Source: Mobula hypostoma (taxonomy: Eukaryota). Taken from it: a DNA stretch of 64,000 nt. The notes beneath the pieces were generated by a model. The model had not been told where the DNA came from. It saw nothing but the letters and a program-made list of their open reading frames with translations, and made no database searches. Positions 49,790 through 62,782 of the stretch are shown piece after piece (the first letter of the stretch is position 1; every line of letters begins with the position of its first letter). Made by a program: the position numbers and the translations under genes. The DNA is taken from positions 94,676,001 through 94,740,000 of the forward strand of contig NC_086097.1 in assembly GCF_963921235.1 (NCBI RefSeq), in the 5' to 3' direction.

Positions 49790-52150
49790 GGATTCCTGTC
49801 ACAGTATGTGGACAGGCCGACTAGGGGGAATGACATACTAGATCTAGTACTAGGTAATGAACCGGCTCAGGTCGCAGATCTCTCAGTGGGTGAGCATCTG
49901 GGGGACAGTGACCACCGCTCCTTGGCCTTTAGCATTATCATGGAAAAGGATAGAATCAGAGAGGACAGGAAAACTTTTAATTGGGGAAGGGCAAATTATG
50001 AGGCTATAAAGCTAGAACTTGCGGGTGTGAATTGGGATGATGTTTTTGCAGGGAAATGTACTATGGACATATGGTTGATGTTTAGAGATCTCTTGCAGGA
50101 TGTTAGGGATAAATTTGTCCCAGTGAGGAAGATAAAGAATGGTAGGGTGAAGGAACCAATGGTGACAAGTGAGGTGGAAAATCTAGTCAGGTGGAAGAAG
50201 GCAGCATACATGAGGTTTAGGAAGCAAGGATCAGATGGGTCTATTGAGGAATATAGGGAAGCAAGAAAGGAGCTTAAGAAGGGGCTGCGAAAAGCAAGAA
50301 GGGGGCATGAGAAGGCCTTGGCGAGTAGGGTAAAGGGAAACCCCAAGGCATTCTTCAATTATGTGAAGAAAAAAAGGATGACAGGAGTGAAGGTAGGACC
50401 GATTAGAGATAAAGGTAGGAAGATGTGCCTGGAGGCTGCAGAAGTGAGCGAGGTCCTCAATGAATACTTCTCTTCGATATTCACCAATGAGAGGGAACTT
50501 GATGATGATGAGGACAATATGAGTGAGATTGATGTTCTGGAGCAACTTGATATTAAGGGAGAGGAGGTGTTGGAGTTGTTAAAATACATTAGGATGGGTA
50601 AGTCCCCGGGGCCTGACAGAATATTCCCCAGGCTGCTCCACGAGGTGAGGGAAGAGATTGCAGAGCCTCTGGCTAGGATCTTTATGTCCTCGTTGTCCAC
50701 GGGAATGGTACCGGAGGATTGGAGGGAGGCGAATGTTGTCCCCTTGTTCAAAAAAGGTAGTAGGGATAGTCCGGGTAATTATAGACCAGTGAGCCTTACG
50801 TCTGTGGTGGGAAAGCTGTTGGAAAAGATTCTTAGAGATATGATCTCCGGGCATTTAGAGAATCATGGTCTGATCAGGGACAGTCAGCATGGCTTTGTGA
50901 AGGGCAGATCATGTCTAACAAGCCTGATAGAGTTCTTTGAGGAGGTGACCAGGCATATAGTTGAGGGTAGTGCAGTGGACGTGATCTATATGGATTTTAG
51001 TAAGGCATTTGACAAGGTTCCACATGGTAGGCTTATTCAGAAAGTCAGAAGGCATGGGATCCAGGGAAGTTTGGCCAGGTGGATTCAGAATTGGCTTGCC
51101 TGCAGAAGGCAGAGGGTCGTGGTGGAGGGAGTACATTCAGATTGGAGGATTGTGACTAGTGGTGTCCCACAAGGATCGGTTCTGGGACCTCTACTTTTCG
51201 TGATTTTTATTAACGAACTGGATGTGGAGGTAGAAGGGTGGGTTGGCAAGTTTGCAGATGACACAAAGGTTGGTGGTGTTGTAGATAGTGTAGAGGATTG
51301 TCAAAGATAGCAGAGAGACATTGATAGGATGCAGAAGTGGGCTGAGAAGTGGCAGATGGAGTTCAACCCGGAGAAGTGTGAGGTGGTACACTTTGGAAGG
51401 ACAAACTCCAAGGCAGAGTACAAAGTAAATGGTAGGATACTTGGTAGTGTGGAGGAGTGGGGGATCTGGGGGTACAGTCCACAGATCCCTGAAAGTTGCC
51501 TCACAGGTGGATAGGGTAGTTAAGGAAGCTTATGGGGTGTTAGCTTTCATAAGTCAAGGGACAGAGTTTAAGCATCGTGATGTAATGATGCAGCTCTATA
51601 AAACTCTGGTTAGGCCACACTTGGAGTACTGTGTCCAGTTCTGGTCGCCTCACTAAAGGAAGGATGTGGAAGCATTGGAAAAGGTACAGAGGAGATTTAC
51701 CAGGTTGCTGCCTGGTTTAGAGAGTATGCATTATGATCAGAGATTAAGGGAACTAGGGCTTTACTCTTTGGAGAGAAGGAGGATGAGAGGAGACATAATA
51801 GAAGTGTACAAGATAATAAGAGGAATAGATAGAGTGGATAGCCAGCGCCTCTTCCCCAGGGCACCACTGCTCAATACAAGAGGACGTGGCTTTAGGTATG
51901 GGGTGGGAAGTTCAAGGGGGATATTAGAGGAAGGTTTTTTACTCAGAGAGTGGTTGGTGCGTGGAATGCACTGCCTGAATCAGTGGTGGAGGCAGATACA
52001 TTACAGAAGTTTAAGAGATTACTAGACAGGTATATGGAGGAAGTTAAGGTGGGGTGGTTGTATAGGAGGCAGGGTCTGAGGGTCGGCACAACATTGTGGG
52101 CTGAAGGGCCTGTACTGTGCTGTACTATTCTATGTTCTATGTTCTATGTT
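49790..52150 (+). mobile_element. CR1 LINE, 5'-truncated, ORF2 with stops and frameshifts after 51310
   Basis: 529-aa ORF with [37 protein letters not shown]; (TTCTATG)n tail. Confidence 0.96.
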
Positions 52151-54609
52151 TATATATGACTCTGACTGGATGTTAAAATGCAGACAGCTGAACTGATCAA
52201 CAGAGCAGCACTTAAGTTTCCTCAAGGCAACTGGAGAATTTGAATTTAGTGAAGTAATTAAGAAAATCTAGAAAGCATCAATTAGAAGAATGCCTGAATG
52301 ATTTATACCTTCTCTCAGGGAGAAAATTAGGGCTCAGATTTCCTGTGCTGTACCGCAACAGGCCCTTTGGTCCACTAAGTCTGTGCTGACGGTCAACCAG
52401 CCCTTTCACCAAATACACTAATCCTTTTTTATTCTCCCCATCTGTTGGAATAGCTTTCCTTTCTGCTTCCTTGTGCCTCCAGAATACCACTGTAACTGAG
52501 GTGCCTCTGAATGGGCGCTGACGTTTCTCAGGAAAGTGCTCTTCCATCTGAGGCCCTTCTAGAGGGATCTCCGCACCTTCCCTGTGGGTTTGAAGTTGGG
52601 TAACTTGCCAGTGAAGAAGCTGGCAAGACAAAAATCCCATGTGCACCTCAGCGTGCATCTGCCAGGGTTACAGAGCAAAGGTAGGTGAATGAAGATACGT
52701 AGTCTAACTGGACTGAGGGAACAGCTTGAAGAAGAAGGATGGTTTCCTTAAAATCTTTCTTAAACTCTCTTAGCAGAAGTAGTGATAATTGGCTTGCATG
52801 CCCTTGTTTTGGGGAAGGAAGTTACCCTGCCTCTGGTCACTAACCTCTGACCCTTTGAGGAGGACGTCAGGTAGAGCCAATAGCCAGCTCCTGCTGCAAT
52901 GCCTTTGGTGGGCTAACAGGTTGTAAAAGCATGACCTTTCACCTCCACCTTCCCCAACCCCCTCCACCCTGCAGTCGCCCGTGGGATGGGACTGCACCTC
53001 AGGCCTGAGTGCTTAAGTGCCTCATAGATGAAATGCCTGAGAACTGGCCCAAAAACACAAGTTTAAGTTCAGACTTATTGGTGCAGAGTTCACCAGCTGC
53101 AAGAAGGAAAACAGGCGGGAGAAAAAGGGATGCTCGCTTGGTGGAGGCAACACTGGAGGTGATGGGAAATGAGAAAAAAAGGCAAGTCATTGCTTCCGCA
53201 AATGTATAATTACGTGTGTGCACAGGTGGAATGAAATAATTGCTGTAGCATCCCGGACACAGAGCGTCAGATACACAATATCCACAAGAAAAAGATAAAT
53301 TAGCTGTAAAATATGCCAAAATTATCAGGAGGAGAGTTTCTGGGCAATGTGCAAGAGAAAACTGATGGACTGGCCTTCTTCTCTTTCATAAGGAAATGTA
53401 AGAATGTCTTCTAAGTCGCACTGCAGAAACAAGCCACCAGCCTAACTGGGTTCTAGATGAGGACTCTCCCACTGCTTATTTGATGCACGTCTCTCAAAGA
53501 CCGTCTGCATAATTTCTATTTTATTAGCCTGATAGGATGCATCATTCAGTCCTGGGAAGCTATGGAGGGCAGCCTCATACCAGTGCCCCACCCACTTCTA
53601 TGCTCATGAATCAGCCGTTGCATGCCTGGCTGGGGGAAACATGATTCCTCTAATAAGCAAATTGAAATAGTTGGTTTGTAAATCATAGCCCAGTCACTCG
53701 CTCAGGAATTTCAACACAAGGGCAAAAAGAACATGAAATGTAAACAGAAACACGTTCCACACGCTGACATCCGCTGCAGTCTACAAGTGGATGCAGTATC
53801 TGGATAGATAGTAGCTGCCTCTTTAACCCCAAAATCCAGATCGCCCCTATAAGTGCAAAAATATCTTGACAATCATGTCCCTCCCTTCCCCTCTACACCC
53901 CCTCTCTTTTCCGGATGTCAGACACCAAAACTATTTAATAATTCCTCATAGTAGAGCAAAGCCCCGGTAATCCGGCCTCTGACGTTTCCGAGATCCTGAT
54001 GGCCATCGCCTGGGGTCAAGAGGGGCTGGTATACCAGGAAATGTGCAGGGCATAATTTTTACACAGATCGTAGTGGGTGCCTGGTGTTAAAGAGTGTCTT
54101 ACATAGGCACGAGAATACGCAGCCCATAAATTCAGTTTCTGAGGAGTTGTGAATGGGATTGAACCTTGTCCAAAATTTCCTCTTCTGGCCTTATGATGGA
54201 AGATTGTTAATGACGCAGGTGAAGATTTCTGGGCCCAGAGCACTGTCCCTCAGGAACTCCTGGGGCTGAGATGATTGACCTCCAACAACCACAACCACCT
54301 TCCTTTGTGTGAGGTATGACTTTCAGAGGCTTCACCCTCTGATGGTGGATGACTTTAGACTTACCATGGCTTACACATCTCCAGAATTCAGCGGCTTATT
54401 TCATATCTGTCATGAGGTCTGGAGCCAACTGGTGCAGTCAACACTCAAATGATCCAACAGTGATCAGGTTGTTGTAAGTGATTATCAGTGGATAATACTG
54501 ACAAGACATCTTCTGTCACTTTGCTGTTGATTGGGAGTAAATTAATGGGGTAATAATTAGCCAAAATGATAACTTTCTGCTTTGTGTGTAAAGGACATAC
54601 CTAGAGACA

Positions 54610-55110
54610 TTGAGTCATGGAGTCATAGAAAAGTACTGCACAGAAACAGGCCCTTCGGCCCATCTAGTCCATGTCAAACCTTTTAAACTGCCTAGTCCTA
54701 TCAATCTGTACTGGGACCACAGCCCTCCATATGTCTGCCATCCATGTACCTATCCAAACTTCTCTCCCTCTTAAATGTTGAAATCAAGCTCGCATGCACC
54801 ACTTTCACTGGCAACTTGTTCCACAATCTCACCACTCTCTAAGTGAAGAAGTTTCCCCTCATGTTCCCCTTAAACTTCTCACCTTTCACCTTTAATCCAT
54901 GACCTCCAGATGTAGTCTCACCCAACCTCAGTGAAGAAAGCCTGCTTGCGTTTATCCTGTCTATACCCCTCATAATTTTGTACAACTCTATCAAATCTCC
55001 TCCCAATCTTCTACATTCCAAGGAATACCTTCCTAACCTATTCAATCTTTCCAGTCCTGGCAACATCTTTGTAAATTATCTCTGTACTCTTTCAACCTTG
55101 TTTACATCTA
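54610..55110 (-). mobile_element. CR1 3' fragment inserted in an older LINE relic (54240-55340)
   Basis: LPGLERLNRLGRYSLECRRLGGDLIELYKIMRGIDR; reverse CR1 tail. Confidence 0.85.
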
Positions 55111-56611
55111 TGAGCAACATTCCACACTGTTGGGTGGATACCAGTTTTGTAACTATACTGGAACAGCTTGTCTGGAGACACAGCTAGTTTTGGACCATAA
55201 GTTGTCATTCTTGCATCTGGGATGCTGCCTGGCCCCGCAGCCTCCAATGCATCCACTTCCCGATTTTGCACAATATGAGTCAATCTGGCTGAAGACTGGT
55301 GTGTAAAAACTCGGGAGAAAGTTGGACCATTTACGTGGCAATAGACATGGCAGCCATGTTATGGTGCTCCATGCTGGACCCTGTTTGGAGCTTCCTCCTC
55401 CAGTTACCTATCCAATCGTAATTACACGTGGCCAGCCTGCAGCACCATGGCCCAACACGTCAGCTGTGGGATCATTAATCTTGGTTCCTTCTGTTCTGCT
55501 GCGTGCATTTCCCTGGGGCGGCATTTCACTTTTAGATAGCCCTGGCATGGCTTCCAGCATGCCCTCCTCACTGGTCTCAGTGAAGGGAATATTGGGCTGC
55601 TACATTCTACACTATCTCATAGACATACATTCTGCAGCTGCTGAATATGCCCATGCCTCTCATGGCTCATGCCATGCAACATCACAGAGGGTGTCCAGAA
55701 TTATTTTGCCACAGTGACAAACTCTGACCACCTCCTCCAGCAATGGCATTGGCAGATCGATCTGCCACAGTAGCTTGTAGGGGCAAAGTCAAGTGGAGAA
55801 ATTGGATTTCAATCTGACAAAGGAACTGTGGGGTTTTCAGAGATGAGCTGGGGAACAAACAGACCGGAAAGGACTTGCAGAAAGCCTAAGTAGATCTAAT
55901 GGACTGTATACTCTGCAATATAAAGATTTTGTGACTCGTTCCCTAACCTTTCACCCCCTGAGCACCATAACCACATTAAACTCTCCTTTCCAAGGGTTGA
56001 AGTTGCCAATCAATGAGTACGGCTTGGAGAGTTAGAAGGTTATTTTTATCATTCGTTCACATCAGGGGATTGGTGTCAAGGCCAGCATTTATCACACATC
56101 CCTCGACTGGGTGAGCTGCCTTCTCGAAGGTGAGGGTGCTCCCACAGAATGGAGCTTTCGACTCAGCCGCAGTGAAGAATCAGCAATAAGTTTCCAAGTT
56201 ACATTGGTGTGAGTGTTGGAGGGGAACCTGTGGGTGGCGGTGTTCCAAAACACATGCTGATCTTGCCCTTCTTAGTGATATGTTTGAGAGGCTGGTTTCC
56301 ATGATTAACAAACAATCTGCTGGCAGAACTCAGCAAGTTAATTCACATCTGTGGGAGGGAATGAACTGTCGACATTTCGGGTCAAATATATTGCGTCAGG
56401 ATCCTGCAACACTGTATCCCCATGGTTTTTGTGATGGACTGGGCTGCATTCACAACCTGCTGCAATTTCTGTTCGACTTGGGCAGTGCAGTTGCCCTGCC
56501 AAGCTCTGGTGCATCTGCAGTGGGTGCTTTCTATGGTGAGATCTGTAACTTCTGGTAAGAGTCTTTGGGTTAATGCCAAATTTCCTCAGCCCTCTGAGAA
56601 AGTAGAGATCC

Positions 56612-57460
56612 AAAGATCCAAAGTACACTTTTTATCAAAGAATGTATAAATTACACAACCTTGAGATTCATCTGCCTACTGGCAGCCACAAACCAAGAAA
56701 CCTGAAAGAACCCAATTTAAAAAAAAGAAAGACCAACCCACAATTTGCAGAGAAGGAGGAAAAAACACAAATCATACAAACCATAGAAGCGAGCAACAAC
56801 AACAACATTCTGACCCAAACTGAGTCCTTAGGCCCAAATGCTGGAGCAGCCCAGAGTAGGCCCAAAGCCTCGGTCTCAGTTCACCGTATAAGAGGTGTAA
56901 ATCACCATGAAGCACACAGACTTGAAGCACAGCAGCCGGGGGCAGTCTCACAGCCTCTGTGTTGTGGGGGTGAACGTCGTTGGAGAGCCAGCGAAGTCGG
57001 CCCAGCTCTCATCTCTGGGTCCAGCAGCCTGCCTTTCCAGTCTATCTAGGCCGGCGTTTAAATTGTTCAAGCAGTGGACTGAAATCTCACATTAGGATCC
57101 AGGCACCGCCACAGCAACTTGCTATGGACCTAGACCACTGCCTCCCAGCCCAAAGCCATTCTCGACCTCCCCAAATTGGCTTAGCACTTAGAACCATCCA
57201 ACCTCACACCCAGGACAGGCACTGAAACTCCTCCGCCTCAACTGCTCCTCACCAAATCTATCCTTCCAAATCCATCTGTGTCGGCTTTGCAGCTCACCAG
57301 CACAGCTCATCTCTCAAATTAATTTCGTCTTCCCTTGCCTCTTCATTGTTTGTGGTGATAGTTTACCACAATTTACTTCAGGAAAGGTGTTATTAATAAT
57401 GCCTTTATCAAATTTCTTACCAGAAAGCTGCTGCTTGCCTTCAGTACTGCCATCTTAAAT
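56612..57460 (-). mobile_element. Non-autonomous LINE-derived element (Rex1-like ends)
   Basis: 5' taagatggcag; 3' tail shares aaccttgagattca with the Rex tail at 17943; interrupts or abuts a Rex fragment at 56410-56610. Confidence 0.5.
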
Positions 57461-57627
57461 GGGAATAATAATGATAATAATTTTACAGAGGCGCTGGTTT
57501 TTACCCATGGTGGAGAGAACGAATGTTTAGGATGGTGGTGGGGCACCAATGATGTGAGCTGCTTTGTCCTGAATAGTGTTCAGAGGTTGTTGAGTGTTGT
57601 TAGCACTGCATTATCGGAGCCAGCGGA

Positions 57628-60029
57628 GAGTACCCCACTGCGCACCTGAGTACCCCACTGCGCACTTGTGTACTCCATTGCACACTTGAGTACCCCACTG
57701 TACACCTGAGTACCCCACTGTACACCTCAGTACCCCACTGCACACCTGAGTACCCCACTGTACACCTCAGTACCCCACTGCACACCTGAGTACCCCACTG
57801 TACACCTGAGTACCCCACTGCGCACCTGAATACCCCACTGTGCACCTGAGTACCCCACTGTACACCTGAGTACCCCACTGCGCACCTGAATACCCCACTG
57901 CGCACCTGAGTACCCCACTGTACACCTGAGTACCCCACTGCACACCTGAGTACTCCACTACACACCTGAGTACCCCACTGCACACCTGAGTACCCCAGTA
58001 CACACCTGAGTACCCCACTGCACACCTGAATACCCCACTACACACCTGAGTACCCCACTGCACATCTGAATACCCCACTGCGCACCTGAGTACCCCACTG
58101 CACACCTGAATACCCCACTGTGCACCTGAGTACCCCACTGCACACCTGAATACCCCACTGCACACCTGAATACCCCACTGCGCACCTGAGTACCCCACTG
58201 TACACCTGAGTACCCCACTGCACACCTGAGTACTCCACTACTCACCTGAGTACCCCACTGCACACCTGAGTACCCCAGTACACACCTGAGTACCCCACTG
58301 CACACCTGAATACCCCACTACACACCTGAGTACCCCACTGCACATCTGAATACCCCACTGCGCACCTGAGTACCCCACTGCACACCTGAATACCCCACTG
58401 TGCACCTGAGTACCCCACTGCACACCTGAATACCCCACTGCACACCTGAATACCCCACTGCGCACCTGAGTACCCCACTGCGCACCTGAGTATTCCACTA
58501 CACACCTGAGTACCCCACTGCACACCTGAGTACCCCACTGTACACCTGAGTACCCCACTGCGCACCTGAATACCCCACTGCGCACCTGAGTACTCCACTG
58601 CGCACCTGAATACCCCACTGCACAACTGAATACCCCACTGTACACCTGAGTACTCCATTGCACACTTGAGTACCCCACTGCACACCTGAGTATTCCACTA
58701 CACACCTGAGTACCCCACTGCGCACCTGAGTACCCCACTGCGCACTTGAGTACTCCATTGCACACTTGAGTACCCCACTACACACCTGAGTACCCCACTG
58801 TACACCTGAGTACCCCACTGCACACTTGAGTACCCCACTGCGCACCTGAGTATTCCACTACACACCTGAGTACCCCACTGTGCACCTGAGTACCCCACTG
58901 CACACCTGAGTATTCCACTACACACCTGAGTACCCCACTGCACACCTGAGTACCCCACTGCACACCTGAATACCCCACTGCACACCTGAGTACTCCACTG
59001 CACACTTGAGTACTCCACTGTACACCTGAGTATTCCACTACACACCTGAGTATTCCACTACAAACCTGAGTACCCCACTGCACACCTGAGTACCCCACTG
59101 TACACCTGAGTACCCCACTACACACCTGAGTACCCCACTGTACACCTGAGTACCCCACTGCACACCTGAGTACCCCACTGCGCACCTGAGTATTCCACTA
59201 CACACCTGAGTACCCCACTGTGCACCTGAGTACCCCACTGCACACCTGAGTATTCCACTACACACCTGAGTACCCCACTGCACACCTGAATACCCCACTG
59301 CACACCTGAGTACTCCACTGCACACTTGAGTACTCCACTGTACACCTGAGTATTCCACTACACACCTGAGTATTCCACTACACACCTGAGTACCCCACTG
59401 CGCACCTGAGTACCCCACTGTACACCTGAGTACCCCACTACACACCTGAGTACCCCACTGTACACCTGAGTACCCCACTGCACACCTGAGTACCCCACTG
59501 CGCACCTGAGTATTCCACTACACACCTGAGTACCCCACTGTGCACCTGAGTACCCCACTGCGCACCTGCGTACCCCACTGCACACCTGAGTATTCCACTA
59601 CACACCTGAGTACCCCACTGCACACCTGAGTACCCCACTGCACACCTGAATACCCCACTGCACACCTGAGTACTCCACTGCGCACCTGAGTACCCCACTG
59701 CACACCTGAGTATTCCACTACACACCTGAGTATTCCGCTACACACCTGAGTACCCCACTGCACACCTGAGTACCCCACTGCGCACCTGAATACCCCACTG
59801 CGCACCTGAGTACTCCACTGCGCACCTGAGTACCCCACTGCACACCTGAGTATTCCACTACACACCTGAGTACCCCACTGCACACCTGAGTACCCCACTG
59901 CACACCTGAATACCCCACTGCGCACCTGAGTACCCCACTGTACACCTGAGTACCCCACTGCACACCTGAGTATTTCACTACACACCTGAGTACCCCACTG
60001 CACACCTGAGTATTCCACTACACACCTGA
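57628..60029. repeat. Minisatellite, 120 copies of a 20-bp unit (taccccactgcacacctgag)
   Basis: Strict 20-bp phase across 2.4 kb with substitutions only. Confidence 0.99.
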
Positions 60030-60212
60030 CTTGTGCCTCCACACTGGAGGGAAGTCACTCCCAGCAGGATGTCCAGTAGCACACTCACGTAGCAACAGTC
60101 TTTACGTGGCTGATCTGGATGGGCTGCTGTTCAAGATCAGAAGGAAAGATTCAATTTGAGCTGGACTTGGCTCAGTGGTAGAGTGTCAGACCCACAGCCC
60201 CAGAGACCTGGG

Positions 60213-60249
<37 letters not shown>

Positions 60250-60250
60250 G

Positions 60251-60295
<45 letters not shown>

Positions 60296-60296
60296 G

Positions 60297-60334
<38 letters not shown>

Positions 60335-60388
60335 CTCTGTGTGTGTGTGTAAGTGTGTGTTTCTCTGTATGTGTGTGTGTGTGTGTGT
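60213..60388. repeat. Compound (TG)n microsatellite
   Basis: Directly visible, with repeated tttggc and tttctc interruptions. Confidence 0.97.
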
Positions 60389-60394
60389 TTACAC

Positions 60395-60885
60395 ATTCTC
60401 CCTGTGATTTCACGGCGATTGAACAGCTTGTCATATGAAGAGTGTTTGATGGCTCTGGGCCTGTATTCACGAGAACGCAGAAGAATGAGGGGTGACCTCA
60501 TTGAAACCTATCAAATGGTGAAAGGCTTCAATAGTGGACGTGCAGAGGATGTTTCCTTTACAGGGAAAGTCCAAGACCGGAGGACACATTCTCAGAATAG
60601 AGAGGTGTCCTTTTAGAGTAAAACTGAGGAGGAATTTCTTTGGCCAGAGGTTGATGAATCTGTGGAATTTATTGCGATAGGCGGCTGTGGAGGCCAAGTC
60701 ATTGGGCATATTTAGGGCAGAGGTTGATAGATTTTTGATTGGTCAGGGCATGAAGGGATACGGGGAGAAAGCAGGAGATTGGGGCTGGGAGGAAAATTGG
60801 ATCGGCCATGATGAAATTGCACAGCAGACTCAAAGGACCAAATGGACAAATTTTGCTCCTATATCTTATGGTCTTATGTCTATGA
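60395..60885 (+). mobile_element. CR1 3' fragment
   Basis: LSYEECLMALGLYSRERRRMRGDLIETYQMVKG; tcttatggtcttatg tail. Confidence 0.88.
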
Positions 60886-61592
60886 TGTGCAGTTAACTGC
60901 ACTCCCCCCCCCACACAGATTGGTTCTGTATGGGTGAGGGGTAGAGTCTAATGGGACTGAGAGAATAAAACGGGGTTGGGTGTAAATATATGATTGATGG
61001 TCAGCATTAACTGAGTGGGCTGAAAGGCCTGTTTCTGTTTTGTATTTCTCTCTGACAGAGTGGATTTTGCTGGGAACTGAGTAGCAAACACACATATTTC
61101 CACTCAAGCATGAGTTTAAATGACTAAATGCCTTTCCACTGTCCTTGATTTTCATCCAGTGCTTTGAATTCTGAAAGGGAGTGGACCAGGCCCAGGGGCT
61201 GGTGAATCACTACAAAGGGAACTATGATAAGGACTATCAGGCACCACACCTTTCCATTTTTGGCAGGATATTCTTCCTCCCTTGTATTTTGACACTGGAA
61301 ATAATAATGATTCGGTTAGTGTCAAGTGCATGGGGTAAGATGTCAAACTTTAGGAGAAGCAGGACAAGAAATAGCAGGAGTTTGGACAGTCTGTCCAAGG
61401 CAAGAGTTGTAGTGAAACACTGAGGCTGAGGCCCATCAGCTGAGCTGTGGAGGCTGTATTTGGATGTAAAAGGCGGGGAGTTGAAACTTGGTGACTCTTT
61501 TCACTTTCACTGGAGTGAGTTCTGCTCAGCCCTGGGAGAAATGAGCAGAGATGCAGAAACACTAGAGACTGCAAATGCTGGAAATCTTGACG

Positions 61593-61594
<2 letters not shown>

Positions 61595-61628
<34 letters not shown>

Positions 61629-61735
61629 TACACACACTCACACACACAGACACACACACACAAACACACACACAGACACACACTCACACACACACACACA
61701 CAGACACACACACACAGAAACACACACACACACAA

Positions 61736-61774
<39 letters not shown>
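61595..61774. repeat. Compound (CA)n microsatellite
   Basis: Directly visible. Confidence 0.97.
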
Positions 61775-61776
<2 letters not shown>

Positions 61777-61821
61777 TATCTTTCTGGGTAAACTTCACGT
61801 GTACTGAGATACAGTCAAATA

Positions 61822-61975
61822 TAAACACGAGAAACTCTGCAGATACTGGAGATCCGAGCAACACACACAAAATGCTGGAGGAACTCAGCAGGCCAGGCAG
61901 CATCTACGGAAAAGAGTAAACAGTTGATGTGGCTTGACCTGCTGAATTCCTCCAGCATTTTGTGTGTGTTGTTTT
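61822..61975. mobile_element. Palindromic pair of PLE pLTR 3' ends
   Basis: Arms caacacacacaaaatgctggaggaactcagcaggcca (61859-61895) and tgacctgctgaattcctccagcattttgtgtgtgttg (61935-61971). Confidence 0.75.
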
Positions 61976-62179
61976 CGTGGGAAAACCGTTGGATTGGTTC
62001 TGTAAACCTGGCATTACCCAGAGCCATTTATAATGCGAGTGGTGCTTTCCCAAATGAGGACATTCAAAGCCTGCATCCTGAAGAACCAGCTCCTGTCTGA
62101 CAGCACCCCAGTGTGGGTCATAGGTTCTCACACCTGACCAGTCAGCACTCAGTGCCTGCACGCCCACGGTCTTTAGAAA

Positions 62180-62782
62180 CAAAGGAACATAGAAAACCTA
62201 CAGCACGATACAGGCCCTTCAGCCCACAAAGCTGTGCTGAACATGTCTTCACCTTAGAACTACCTAGGGTTACCTATAGCCCTCTATTTTTCTGAGCTCC
62301 ATGTACCTATCCAGGAGTCTCTTAAAAGACCCTATCGTATCCGCCTCCACCACTGTTGCCAGCAGCCCATTCCACACACTCACCACTCTCTGCGTAAAAA
62401 ACTTACCCCTAACATCTCTTCTGTACCTACTTCCAAGCACCTTAAACCTATGTTCTCTTGTGGCAACCATTTCAGCCCTGGGACAAAGCCTCTGACTATC
62501 CGCACGATCAATGCCTCTCATTATCTTGTACACCTCTATCAGGTCACCTCTCATCCTTTGTCGCTCCAAGGAGAAAAGGCCAAGTTCACTCAATCTATTC
62601 TCATAAGGCGTGCTCCCCAATCCAGGCAACATCCTTGTAAATCTCCTCTGCACTCTTTCTATAGTTTCCACATCCTTCCAGAACTGAGCAGAGTACTCCA
62701 AGTGGGGCCTGGCCAGGGTCCTATATAGCTGTAACATTATCTCTCGGCTCTTAAACTCAATCCCACAGTTGATGAAGGCCAC
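62180..62782 (-). mobile_element. CR1 3' fragment
   Basis: AFINCGIEFKSREIMLQLYRTLARPHLEYSAQF...RGDLIEVYKIMRGIDR. Confidence 0.93.

Noticed and set aside
53009..53209. 66-aa ORF with a basic stretch in unique DNA
   Set aside because: Short, non-ATG start, no recognisable domain or clear splice signals.
57628..60029. CRISPR array or repetitive protein (GYSGVQWGTQV ORFs)
   Set aside because: Head-to-tail 20-bp units with no unique spacers and no cas genes. The ORFs are overlapping by-products in all three minus frames.
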